Positions 23,494 through 32,545 of a stretch of 45,525 nucleotides of DNA are shown here, piece by piece (the stretch's first letter is position 1; the number at the start of each line of letters is the position of its first letter). Origin of the DNA: a candidate division WOR-3 bacterium (GTDB lineage Bacteria > Hydrothermota > Hydrothermia > LBFQ01); the NCBI GenBank assembly GCA_027050205.1, contig JALUCS010000056.1, positions 1 through 45,525 on the forward strand. The letters are read 5' to 3'. A model generated the notes under the pieces. The model was not told the DNA's origin. It worked only from the letters and a program-made list of their open reading frames with translations, and ran no database searches. Both the position numbers and the translations under genes were made by a program.

Positions 23494-25203
23494 TTGATCA
23501 ACCTGCTGCGGCTCCTCCTTCCCCACTGGAGGAGGGTTCTCGCGGGTTTTGCGGTGTTGTTGGTGGTTGACCTGGGGCAGTTGGTCGTCCCCCAGTTCGT
23601 CCGCCGGGCGGTAAACGAACTTTACGCAGGCAACTACTCCGCCGTACCTAAGTGGGCGGCCTTCATAGTGGGGGTCGCCCTCTTCTTCTCCTTCCTCCGC
23701 TTCTTCTGGCGGTACTTCTTCATAGGGACCTCCCGCCTCCTTGAGAAGGAGCTGCGGAGCAAACTCTACGAGCATACCCTAAGGCTGGACCCCGGACTCT
23801 TCCGTACGATGAAGACTGGGGACGTTATGGCCCTCTTCACGAACGACCTCCAGGCCATAAACATGGCCCTCGGTATGGGGATGGTAGCCATCGCCGACTT
23901 CACCATATACACCACCTTCTCCATAGTGGCTATGCTCCTCATATCCCCCAAACTCACGGGGATGGTGATAATCCCTCTGCCCCTAATCGGCGTGGTGATG
24001 TTTATCCTCGGTCGCCTGATATACCGCAAGTTCCGGGAGGTGCAGGACTTCTTCGGCCTCCTGACGGAGTGGCTCCGGGACATCCTTAGCGGCATAAGGG
24101 TGGTGAAGGCCTACGATACGGAGTTCAGGCTCACCCGTCGCTACTCCGAGATCTCGGAGAGGTTCCTGAAGTTGAACCTCCAGTTCGCCGTAATAGACGG
24201 CCTCTTCCACCCTGCCATAAGCACCCTCGCCTATGTCTCCCTCGCCATCCTCCTCTTGGTGGGCGGTAAGATGACGACCACCGGCCTCGTCTCCCTTGGC
24301 GACTACGTGGCCTTCAGCTCCTACATCGGGATGATGATCTGGCCGATGGTGGCCCTCGGCTGGTTCGCCAACCTCGTACAGAGGGGGAGCGCCTCGTACT
24401 CCCGCATAGAGGCCTACCTGTCCATAGAGCCTCCCCTTAAAGAGGACGGGAAGGTGGAGATTGACGGTTTCCGGGAGCTCCAAACGAGGGGTTTAGGGGT
24501 CGCCATAAACGGGCGGACGGTCCTCCGAGGGGTGGATATGCACGTAAGGGAGGGGGAGTTCGTGGGTATAACGGGGCCGACGGGGGCCGGAAAGAGCGTC
24601 CTCCTCAACACGCTGGTCAAGTTTCACCTCCCCTTTACCGGTAGGGTTCTGGTCAACGGTACCGATTACCTGGAGGTCTCCACCGACTCCCTCCGCTCTC
24701 ACATCCTGTTGGTGCCTCAAGAGGTCTTCGTCTTCTCAATGACCATCGCCGAGAACCTAAAGGTGGCCAGGCCGGACGCCACAGAGGAGGAGATGTGGTG
24801 GGCCTTGAGGATGGCCGGTCTGGACGAGGACGTAAGGCGGATGCCCGACGGCCTTAACACCCTGATAGGGGAGAGAGGGGTGGGCCTCTCCGGTGGGCAG
24901 AGGCAGAGGCTGGCCCTCGCGAGGGCCTTCTTGAGTCCCGCCTCCCTGATCCTGTTGGACGAGTCCCTCTCCGCCCTTGACTCCAAGACGGAGGAGAAGG
25001 TGGTACGGAGCCTAAGGGAACTGGGTAAGACCGTGGTCCTCGCCTCCCACAGGCTGACGTCCATAGCAGCGACGGACAGGATATACGTCCTCGTGAGGGG
25101 GAAGACGGTGGAGGAGGGTACCCACGAGGAGCTGCTTCGCAACGGTGAGATATACCCCATGCTCTGGAAGGCCCACCACGAGGGGATAAGGGGAGGTCCG
25201 TAA
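23494..25203 (+). CDS. ABC exporter, fused TMD-NBD half transporter (MdlA/YheI-like)
   Basis: 6 TM helices; Walker A GPTGAGKS; signature LSGGQRQR; Walker B LILLDE; SHR switch. Confidence 0.92.
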   Translation: MINLLRLLLPHWRRVLAGFAVLLVVDLGQLVVPQFVRRAVNELYAGNYSAVPKWAAFIVGVALFFSFLRFFWRYFFIGTSRLLEKELRSKLYEHTLRLDPGLFRTMKTGDVMALFTNDLQAINMALGMGMVAIADFTIYTTFSIVAMLLISPKLTGMVIIPLPLIGVVMFILGRLIYRKFREVQDFFGLLTEWLRDILSGIRVVKAYDTEFRLTRRYSEISERFLKLNLQFAVIDGLFHPAISTLAYVSLAILLLVGGKMTTTGLVSLGDYVAFSSYIGMMIWPMVALGWFANLVQRGSASYSRIEAYLSIEPPLKEDGKVEIDGFRELQTRGLGVAINGRTVLRGVDMHVREGEFVGITGPTGAGKSVLLNTLVKFHLPFTGRVLVNGTDYLEVSTDSLRSHILLVPQEVFVFSMTIAENLKVARPDATEEEMWWALRMAGLDEDVRRMPDGLNTLIGERGVGLSGGQRQRLALARAFLSPASLILLDESLSALDSKTEEKVVRSLRELGKTVVLASHRLTSIAATDRIYVLVRGKTVEEGTHEELLRNGEIYPMLWKAHHEGIRGGP

Positions 25204-25260
25204 GGTTCCCGCTTGTGACCCTGATAAGGCCTATTTACGCCCTTAGAATAAATGTCATCT

Positions 25261-25632
25261 ATGGTAGAGGAACTGCAAAACATCGTTGAGGATGTCCGAC
25301 GGTTCGTCCCTACCCTCTTAGGGGCGATCGTCATAAGTGAGGACGGACTCCCCATCGGATACTCCTTCTCCAAGGCCTGGGATATGGAGGACCCCATAGT
25401 GATAAGCGGTCTGATATCCTCTGCTATGGCTATGATGGAGAACGTCCTGCGGGAGTTCGGAGATACGGGCGCCCAGCTCACCTTCGCCCAGGGTAAGGAG
25501 TACTCCCTCTTGGTGGGAAGAGCCGGGAACGTCTTCGTGGGCTTCATAGCAACGGCCGACACCACCCTCGGGACCCTCTTTATGGAGATGCGGAAGCAGA
25601 GCAAGAGGATAGCCGAGATATTCTCATCCTGA
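25261..25632 (+). CDS. Roadblock/LC7 (MglB-like) domain protein
   Basis: GAIVISEDGLPI motif, helix SGLISSAMAM, C-terminal LGTLFMEMRK; start 25261 or 25252 (TAGAAT at 25244-25249 favours 25261). Confidence 0.85.
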   Translation: MVEELQNIVEDVRRFVPTLLGAIVISEDGLPIGYSFSKAWDMEDPIVISGLISSAMAMMENVLREFGDTGAQLTFAQGKEYSLLVGRAGNVFVGFIATADTTLGTLFMEMRKQSKRIAEIFSS

Positions 25633-25643
25633 AAGGGGGAAGT

Positions 25644-26081
25644 ATGACGGAGAAGTTAGACGAGTTCCTGAAGAACGAAGGCGTTATCCTCCCCAAGGAC
25701 TTCGTCGTGGATGTGTATGCCCAGATCCTCAAGTTTGCCGGGGGGTTCGCCGGTCTCCTCCAAGCCGGCTCCAAGCGGGCAGGAGTCAGCGCCGCCAAAT
25801 CCCTCGCCCCTTACATATCCGGGGACGAAGCCGTAGCCAACCTGAAGGAGCTTATTGAGGAGTTCTTCCGCAGGGCCGGGTTCGGCGACATAGAGGTGGA
25901 GGTGGGAGACTCCAAGATCGTACTCAACGTCAAGGACAGCTTCCTCCTCAAGGCCCACAAGAAACCCGAAGTCTCCCTCCGACCCCTCGTAGGTGCGGCC
26001 GAGGGCTTCATAGGGGAGGTAATGGGGAGGAAGACGAAGACGAAGGTAGAGGGTACCCGGATAGTGATAGAGCTGAAGTAG
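25644..26081 (+). CDS. V4R/H-NOX-fold-like small protein
   Basis: FFRRAGFGDIEV, IVLNVKDSF, LVGAAEGFIGEV pattern typical of V4R domains; the usual Cys ligands are absent. Confidence 0.6.
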   Translation: MTEKLDEFLKNEGVILPKDFVVDVYAQILKFAGGFAGLLQAGSKRAGVSAAKSLAPYISGDEAVANLKELIEEFFRRAGFGDIEVEVGDSKIVLNVKDSFLLKAHKKPEVSLRPLVGAAEGFIGEVMGRKTKTKVEGTRIVIELK

Positions 26082-26681
26082 ATGCTCCTGCTCATCGCCC
26101 TCCTCAAGATAGCCCGCCTGCAGTATGACGGTGGAGGGGACTGGTACAACGACCCGGAGATACTGCCGAACATAACGAAGGCCTTCAACAGTAGGGTTTC
26201 ACCCGTCTTTGATACCCTGGCGTACAGCGTCCGTCCCTCGTCGCCGGAGATATACGAGTATCCTATGCTGTTTATGACTGGACACGGGAACGTGGTCTTC
26301 TCCGAGGCCGATGCCCGGAACCTCCGCAGGTACCTGATGAACGGTGGCTTCCTCTACGTAGACGACGACTACGGCTTGGACAAGTACTTCCGACGGGAGA
26401 TAAAGAAGGTTTTCCCGGACTACGAGCTGGTGGAGATTCCACCGGAGCATCCCATATTCCACATCTTCTACGACCAACCCCTACCCAAGGTCCACGAGCA
26501 TTACCCCGGCCCTCCGAAGGCGTACGGCATATTCGTCAAAGGTCGCCTCGTCCTCCTCTACACTTGGAACTCCAACGTCTCCGACGGCTGGACCGATCGC
26601 TACGGCGACCCCCCCGATATAAGGGAGAAGGCCGTCCGTATGGGGGTCAATATCCTCCTCTACTCCCTCGTGGGCATTTGA
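26082..26681 (+). CDS. DUF4159 domain protein
   Basis: IARLQYDGGGDWY, YPMLFMTGHG, GGFLYVDDDYG, HPIFH, SDGW, MGVNILLY motifs. Confidence 0.9.
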   Translation: MLLLIALLKIARLQYDGGGDWYNDPEILPNITKAFNSRVSPVFDTLAYSVRPSSPEIYEYPMLFMTGHGNVVFSEADARNLRRYLMNGGFLYVDDDYGLDKYFRREIKKVFPDYELVEIPPEHPIFHIFYDQPLPKVHEHYPGPPKAYGIFVKGRLVLLYTWNSNVSDGWTDRYGDPPDIREKAVRMGVNILLYSLVGI

Positions 26682-27082
26682 GTGGGGCGTTTAGGGACGG
26701 TCGGTAGGATACGGCGAAGGGAGGCAGGGGGACGGATAGGGCGGAGGTTGGTGTCGGTGCATACGTGGGTGGTGCGTCCCTCGGCTACCTTCTCCTCCCC
26801 ACGGTAGGCTGTGTAGGATACGAATATCTTCGCCCCCTTTATGAAGGCGTCCACTTCAATGTCTAAGGTGTCGTCAAACCTCGCCGGTTTTATGTAGCGG
26901 ATGTGTATGTCCAGAAGCGGCATTAGGATGCCCCTATCCTCCAAATCTTTGTAGGGTTGCCCGAGGTACCTTAGGTACTCAATCCTCGCCTCCTCAAAGT
27001 AGACGGCGTAAATACTGTGATGCACGACCCCCATCTGATCCGTCTCGGCATATCTAACCTTTATCCTGTGCCTGAACGCCAT
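26660..27082 (-). CDS. YbgC/4HBT family acyl-CoA thioesterase
   Basis: VRYAETDQMGVVHHSIYAVYFEEAR hotdog signature. Confidence 0.92.
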   Translation of the reverse strand: MAFRHRIKVRYAETDQMGVVHHSIYAVYFEEARIEYLRYLGQPYKDLEDRGILMPLLDIHIRYIKPARFDDTLDIEVDAFIKGAKIFVSYTAYRGEEKVAEGRTTHVCTDTNLRPIRPPASLRRILPTVPKRPTQMPTRE

Positions 27083-27431
27083 GGTCTTCCTCCGGTGATA
27101 CGTTCCCGGAAACGGTGGCCCCCTCTTCTACCACGAGGACCTTGTACTTTAGGTTTCCGGTGAATTTCCCCGTACCCTTGAACTCCACCCTCTTGGCTAC
27201 CAGCTCCTCCGTACGGATCTCCCCGGCACAGACGACGGAACCGGCCCTTACGATTTTGGACTCTATCTTACCGTCCGTCTCCACTATCAGTTCCCCCTTC
27301 ACCTCAACGTCCCCCTTGAGCTTCCCCTCCACTATGGCGCTCCCCTCAACCGTGATGTTGCCCACCAGCTCCGTCCCCTTACCTACGAAAAGTTCAACGG
27401 AGGCGAAATCCTCCTTCTTCCTCCCGAACAT
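27054..27431 (-). CDS. Bactofilin (polymer-forming cytoskeletal protein)
   Basis: MFGRKK membrane-targeting N-terminus; beta-helix repeats (LVGNI, VEGKLKGDV, VEEGATVSGNV). Confidence 0.9.
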   Translation of the reverse strand: MFGRKKEDFASVELFVGKGTELVGNITVEGSAIVEGKLKGDVEVKGELIVETDGKIESKIVRAGSVVCAGEIRTEELVAKRVEFKGTGKFTGNLKYKVLVVEEGATVSGNVSPEEDHGVQAQDKG

Positions 27432-27433
27432 CT

Positions 27434-27886
27434 TTAACCTCCGAACGCCGAGATGAGGACACCGGCCAGGGAGGAGAGCTTAGAAAGGAGTACGGTCTGC
27501 TCTACCGTAAGGCGGAAGGCCGGTACACTGATGGCCGCGTACCCAAGGACACCGGCAAAGAGGGAGGACTCCACGAAGGCGAATATACCCCCGACGAGGG
27601 GATCCAAACCACCTAACGAGAAGTTCAGCCTAAGTTGAGAGGTTAGGAGCTGGATACCCTGATGGAGGACCAGGAAGACTATCAGGAAGGCCACCATCCT
27701 CCTGACGGCTTCGTCCTGAAGGAAGTTCAGGGTATTTGCCACCGGTGAGGTGAAGAGGACCCCACCCCAGAGGGCGACTATCAGGGCTACCAACGCCCAA
27801 AAGGACGTCCCCGCCTTTGATCGCGCCCCCTGGTAGGTGGAGAAAAGCACGAAAGCAACCGCTGCCAAATCTATCAACCAGACCAT
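27434..27886 (-). CDS. CvpA family membrane protein
   Basis: Start at ATG 27886 (MVWLIDLAAV, TAGAAT 8 nt upstream); 4 TM helices; LDPLVGGIF motif. Confidence 0.75.
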   Translation of the reverse strand: MVWLIDLAAVAFVLFSTYQGARSKAGTSFWALVALIVALWGGVLFTSPVANTLNFLQDEAVRRMVAFLIVFLVLHQGIQLLTSQLRLNFSLGGLDPLVGGIFAFVESSLFAGVLGYAAISVPAFRLTVEQTVLLSKLSSLAGVLISAFGG

Positions 27887-27912
27887 AGGGCGATATTCTA
27901 CGGGGGGTAGGG

Positions 27913-28632
27913 TTAGGGACGTTTGCGACCCAACTTCTCCCAAGCTTCGGCCGTCCAGGGCATCTTCTCCCTGAAGATCCGTAGGATAACCTTGGCGTAC
28001 TGCCTTATCTCCCACTGGGCGTCGGAGGCCTCCCTCAAACGCAGGAAGTTCATAAGGCTGCGGGCATTCACCGTCCAGTAGAACTGGGTGTATATGCCCA
28101 AGGGGAGGACTATACGGGCCAACTCTCTCGCTACGCCCCTCTCCAACATCTCCCTGTAGAGGGTATAGACGTACCTGTAGGCCTCCTCTATCTTGGATAG
28201 GATCTCCCCCTCGTCCGGAAAGTCGGCGAACTCGCTCGCCTGCTTGTTGCCCTTTGAAGGTTTGCGTAGCCTGTCGGGTACGTAGAACTCGTCCCCCACC
28301 TCCACGTACCGTTGGCTTATCTCGTTGTAGGAGGCTATCCGGTGCCTAAACCACTCCCTGGCGACGAATATCGGGGCCTTTACGTGAAACTTGAAGACGG
28401 CGTGTTCAAAGGGGGTTCCATGCTCGTGCTTCATAAGGTAGTTTATCAGGCGGCGGTCCTTCTCCGGTGTCTTGAGGCCCTGCCCTACGGAAACGCGGGC
28501 GGCCTGTACCACCGCCCTGTCCCCCCCCAAGAACTCTACGAGCCGAACGAACCCCTTGTCAAGGACGTTGTAAGCCCCGCAGTGCGGACAGGGTTGCGAT
28601 TCCACTTCTCTGCCGCAGGAGTTGCATCGCAC
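27913..28632 (-). CDS. thyX: FAD-dependent thymidylate synthase ThyX with N-terminal Zn ribbon
   Basis: [26 protein letters not shown] (ThyX motif), AQWEIR; GTG start at 28632, 6 nt after TATAAT. Confidence 0.95.
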   Translation of the reverse strand: MRCNSCGREVESQPCPHCGAYNVLDKGFVRLVEFLGGDRAVVQAARVSVGQGLKTPEKDRRLINYLMKHEHGTPFEHAVFKFHVKAPIFVAREWFRHRIASYNEISQRYVEVGDEFYVPDRLRKPSKGNKQASEFADFPDEGEILSKIEEAYRYVYTLYREMLERGVARELARIVLPLGIYTQFYWTVNARSLMNFLRLREASDAQWEIRQYAKVILRIFREKMPWTAEAWEKLGRKRP

Positions 28633-28831
28633 GGAGGGATTATAGGGGAGGAGTTTTGGAGAAGTCGGATGTGGCGTAAATCCACGTTCGGTCTTAGAAA
28701 CGGACAGGAAGGTCAGGGAGATGGTGTTACGCTTATGGGATGATGCCCCATATCCAACGCTTTCAAATGAAAACGATGGACGGTATCCAATCCTCAACAC
28801 CGCTCGGGGGATCCGTGGGGTGTCAAAATCT

Positions 28832-28912
28832 TAAAGTCAGACTTTTAATTCTTTAAACATACATTTTAGGTTTCTTAAAATACCGTTTTAAAATCTTGAA
28901 AATGATCTACGT
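28832..28912 (+). repeat. Degenerate 22-bp-period array, 3-4 units
   Basis: TAAAG-tcaga-CTTTT aattctt TAAAC-ataca-TTTTA ggtttct TAAAA-taccg-TTTTA aaatctt GAAAA; unit starts 28832/28854/28876/28898. Confidence 0.75.
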
Positions 28913-28950
28913 TCAAAGGCCAGAATTATTGTGGGACTCGTAGATACCAA

Positions 28951-28979
28951 GCCTGTCAATCCCTCTATCCTTTGAGTAC
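28951..28979 (+). repeat. Dispersed 29-bp intergenic repeat, copy 2
   Basis: GCCTGTCAATCCCTCTATCCTTTGAGTAC; 27/29 to 11606-11634. Confidence 0.9.
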
Positions 28980-29113
28980 CGGTTCTCCAAGTCGCCCTTA
29001 AAAGTGCCTTACCCCCAACCTTTATCGCGGCCTTCGTTAAGGGTACAACCTCAAAACCTACCGATGGGGAGCAGGGACAGATTTGGGCAACGCCCCCTGA
29101 CTCCCGGTCGGCC

Positions 29114-30865
29114 CTACTCCTTCTCCTCTATCCCTGCGTCCTTCACCTTCTCACCCGGCTCTATGTACATCCCCTTGAATAGGTGCCGCTTTATCTTGCG
29201 GGTGGTGGTCTTGGGGAACTCCTCGTACCGGAGGGCGAACCGCTTTATCCTCTTGTAAGAGGCGAGGTCCTTTGAGAGGCGATCTATCTCCTTCTCTATC
29301 AGGCCGTAGATGAAGTCGTCGTCGGGTTTTATACCCCGCCTGCGGGCCTCCTCGCGAACGGCGTCAAGGTTGGGATATACGAGGGCCTGGACCTCTTCGT
29401 CCCCCGTCTGTGGGTTCTTGGCACCGAAGACCAGAATCTCTTCTATGAAAGGAGACTCAAGGAGTTTGCTCTCAATCTCCTCCGGGTAGATGTTCTTTCC
29501 ACCCTTCGTCACGATGACGGCCTTCTTCCTGCCGGTTATGTATAGGTAGCCGTCCTTATCAAGGTAGCCTATGTCCCCCGTCAGGAACCAGCCATCCTCC
29601 GTAAAGACCTCCTTGGTGGCCTTCTCGTTCTTGTAGTACCCCTTCATCACGACGGGGCCGCGGGCGGCTATCTCTCCCTCCCCGTCCTCGTTGGGGTCAA
29701 ATATCTTTATCTCAACGCCGGGAAGGGCCACCCCTACGGAAGGGAGACGGGGGTCGTGGGGTGGTGTAACCGTTAGGATGGGGGAGGTCTCCGATAGGCC
29801 GTAGCCCTGTATCACGTGGAAGCCCAACTCCTCAAGGCCTTTCGCCACCCACAGTGGAAGGGCGGCACCACCGGATACCATGAACTTGAGCCTGTCAAGA
29901 CCGAGCTTCTCGTGTAGGGGTTTGAAGAGGCGACGGTTCAGATTCTTACCGATGAGGGGAAGTTTGGAGGTACCCCTCATGAGGTTGAAGATGGCCCTAC
30001 GGGAGGCCGGTGCCTTGGATACCTCCTTCATTATGCGGGTGTAGATCTTCTCAAGGATGAGGGGGACGGTTAGCCAGATGGTCGGGCGGGTGTCCCTCAT
30101 ATCTTGCATCATATGGTCCGGCCTTAGGGAGCGAGAGTAGGAGACGGTTGCGCCGATGTATATGGGGGATAGGAAACCAACGGTGCATTCGTAGACGTGG
30201 TGGAGGGGGAGGATGGAGAAGAAGACGTCCTCCTCGTACAGAGGGATAACCTGATACACCCCCTCTATGTCGCTCATTATGTTGCCGTGGGTGAGCATCA
30301 CCCCCTTAGGAGATCCGGTTGTACCCGAAGTGAACAGGATCTCCGCCAGGTCCTCGGGGGAGACCTCAACCCTGTCTATGCCCCCGTACTTGGTTTCAAC
30401 GTCGGAGAAGGTGGGAACCCCGTCGTAGGGGTCCATGGACAGGATCCCCTTGAGGCCCAGTTCCTTCTTCGCCTCAAGCAGTTCCGGGACGTACCTATTG
30501 GATGCTATTACGTACTTAACCTCGGCGAAGTCTAAGAGGTACCTCCTCTCCATCGCACCAAGGCGGGCGTCCAGAGGTATCACCGTAGCCCCCGCCCAGA
30601 GTATTCCGAGGTAGGCCTGTCCCCATTCGGGGCGGTTTTCGGATACGAGGGCGACGAAGTCTCCCTTCCGTACCCCCCACTCCTCCTGGAGAAACTCTGC
30701 TATGCGCCTTACCCTATCGTGGGCTTGGGAGTAGGTGTAGGATACCCATCCCTTTCCCCTCCTCATCCTCGCCATCTCCTTGTCGGGGAGACGGTGGACG
30801 GTCTCCTCAAACATCTCCGTGATGGTCCTAAGACCCTTGGGCTTGCGCAGAATCCTGTGTCCCAT
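29114..30865 (-). CDS. Long-chain fatty acid-CoA ligase (AMP-binding enzyme)
   Basis: FTSGTTGSPKGVMLTHGN, QGYGLSETSP, GWFLTGDIG, GKNIYPEEIE, FPKTTTRKIKR. Confidence 0.92.
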   Translation of the reverse strand: MGHRILRKPKGLRTITEMFEETVHRLPDKEMARMRRGKGWVSYTYSQAHDRVRRIAEFLQEEWGVRKGDFVALVSENRPEWGQAYLGILWAGATVIPLDARLGAMERRYLLDFAEVKYVIASNRYVPELLEAKKELGLKGILSMDPYDGVPTFSDVETKYGGIDRVEVSPEDLAEILFTSGTTGSPKGVMLTHGNIMSDIEGVYQVIPLYEEDVFFSILPLHHVYECTVGFLSPIYIGATVSYSRSLRPDHMMQDMRDTRPTIWLTVPLILEKIYTRIMKEVSKAPASRRAIFNLMRGTSKLPLIGKNLNRRLFKPLHEKLGLDRLKFMVSGGAALPLWVAKGLEELGFHVIQGYGLSETSPILTVTPPHDPRLPSVGVALPGVEIKIFDPNEDGEGEIAARGPVVMKGYYKNEKATKEVFTEDGWFLTGDIGYLDKDGYLYITGRKKAVIVTKGGKNIYPEEIESKLLESPFIEEILVFGAKNPQTGDEEVQALVYPNLDAVREEARRRGIKPDDDFIYGLIEKEIDRLSKDLASYKRIKRFALRYEEFPKTTTRKIKRHLFKGMYIEPGEKVKDAGIEEKE

Positions 30866-30898
30866 GGACGTCTATTATACCGGAGGAAAAGGTTCCAC

Positions 30899-31804
30899 CT
30901 ACTTTGCTATCCTCTTGGCGACCCTCTTGGCGACGGAGTAGAGGGCCTTCAGGTGCCTCTCCGGTGAGAGTAGGGATCCGGAGCCTCTCCCTGCGAACCT
31001 CTCCCCGGCGTACCCCTTTAGGTACCTGACCATATCCTCAACTGTGGGGAAGACCCTTCCGGGACCGATCCTCCTCACCATCTCCGCCGCCCCTCCGGCC
31101 CTCTCAAGGACGAGGACGGGGGTCCCTGCTGCCATAGACTCAAGGGCGACGTAGGAGAAGGACTCGTACCGGGAGGTTATCAGGGTGAAGGTGGCCTCCC
31201 TGTAGAGCCTGCCCAGCTCCTCCGCCGGCACCCTGCCGAGGCTCTTGAGGTTGGGCGGGGCTTCGCCTTTCCTCTCAACCCCAACGACCACAAAATCCCA
31301 CTCCGGTAGGGCTTCGGCCAGAGAGAGGAGGGTGTCGTACCCCTTTATCCACGCCTCCCTCCCCACCCAGAGCAGCATTTTACCCTCCGGTACGACCTCT
31401 ACCGGCCTTATCCCTTGGGGAAAGGGTAGGGGGAGGACCTCCCCATCCACTCCGTATATCCTCCGGGCCGTCCCCCTCATCGCCTCCGTGGGGAACAGGA
31501 GGGCGGAGAACCTCCGCAGGTAGCACTTGAACCTCCGGAACCTCATAAGGTGCAGGGGGTTGAACTCCCACCTCCCCTCAAGGATTCGGGGGGACACCGC
31601 CCTGAGGCCGTGGAAGTAGTACAACTTGGGTACGGGATGACGGGCGACCTCCGGTACTATGCCATGGACGACGAGGAGGTTGTACCCCTTGGGCGGCGGC
31701 CCCTTCTCATCTATCTCCCAGACCTCCTCACCGAGGGACTCAAGGATGGACAGGTACCGCCCTATCCCCCCTCCCTTCTTCCTTACGACGTTTAGCAGTT
31801 TCAC
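30899..31804 (-). CDS. Glycosyltransferase family 4 (GT-B)
   Basis: VGREAWIKG and SRYESFSYVALESMAAGTPV (Ex7E) motifs; coupled to lptB. Confidence 0.85.
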   Translation of the reverse strand: MKLLNVVRKKGGGIGRYLSILESLGEEVWEIDEKGPPPKGYNLLVVHGIVPEVARHPVPKLYYFHGLRAVSPRILEGRWEFNPLHLMRFRRFKCYLRRFSALLFPTEAMRGTARRIYGVDGEVLPLPFPQGIRPVEVVPEGKMLLWVGREAWIKGYDTLLSLAEALPEWDFVVVGVERKGEAPPNLKSLGRVPAEELGRLYREATFTLITSRYESFSYVALESMAAGTPVLVLERAGGAAEMVRRIGPGRVFPTVEDMVRYLKGYAGERFAGRGSGSLLSPERHLKALYSVAKRVAKRIAK

Positions 31805-32526
31805 ATCCGGAACTTCTCCCCGAGGTACAGCTTGCGCGCCTCTGGGTTGTTTATGAGGTACTCGGTCGTCCCTTCAAGGAGTATCCGGCCCTCGTATATG
31901 ATGTAGGCTCTGTCGGTTATCTCCAGCGTTTCACGGACGTTGTGGTCGGTTATTATCACGCCGATGTCCATATCCTTGAGCTTCAGGACCATCTCCTGTA
32001 TCTCCTCCCGCGTCTTCGGGTCTACGGCGGCGAAAGGCTCGTCCAATAGGAGGAACTTCGGCTCCAACACTATGGCGCGGGCCACCTCAACCCTCCTCCT
32101 CTCCCCACCGGAGAGCTGTATCCCGAGGCTCTTTACGACCTTCTTCAGGTTCAGCATCTCAATCACCTCCTCCGTCCTCCTCCTCGCCTCCTTGCGGCCG
32201 TACCCCCTCATCTCAAGGACGCCGTAGATGTTGTCCCAGACGGACAGGTAGCGGAAGACGGAAGGCTCCTGCGGCAGGTAGCCTATGCCCATCCTCGCCC
32301 TCTTAAACATCGGCAACTTCGTTATCTCCCTATCGTCAAGGAAGACCTTCCCGGAGTTGGGCCTTATCGCCCCCACTATCATATAGAAGGTGGTCGTCTT
32401 CCCCGCCCCGTTAGGCCCCAGAAGGCCCACTATCTCCCCCTGCCTCACCTCAAGGCTAACCTCGTTCACCACCCTCCGCTTCCGGTAGATCTTGACCAAC
32501 TTCTCTGTCCGAAGTACGGAAGACAC
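31801..32526 (-). CDS. lptB: LPS export ABC transporter ATP-binding protein LptB
   Basis: GPNGAGKTTTFYMIVG, YLPQEPSVF, LSGGERRRVE, ITDHNVRETL, YLGEKF. Confidence 0.97.
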   Translation of the reverse strand: MSSVLRTEKLVKIYRKRRVVNEVSLEVRQGEIVGLLGPNGAGKTTTFYMIVGAIRPNSGKVFLDDREITKLPMFKRARMGIGYLPQEPSVFRYLSVWDNIYGVLEMRGYGRKEARRRTEEVIEMLNLKKVVKSLGIQLSGGERRRVEVARAIVLEPKFLLLDEPFAAVDPKTREEIQEMVLKLKDMDIGVIITDHNVRETLEITDRAYIIYEGRILLEGTTEYLINNPEARKLYLGEKFRM

Positions 32527-32545
32527 GGGGGGATTTTAAAGCGGT

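Noticed and set aside
28633..28800. N-terminal extensions in the ORF track (thyX to 28800, cvpA to 28015, mgtE from 1845, pyrG from 36003, wHTH to 21267)
   Set aside because: Each extension runs through a -10 box or a neighbouring gene and lacks family similarity; shorter starts were adopted
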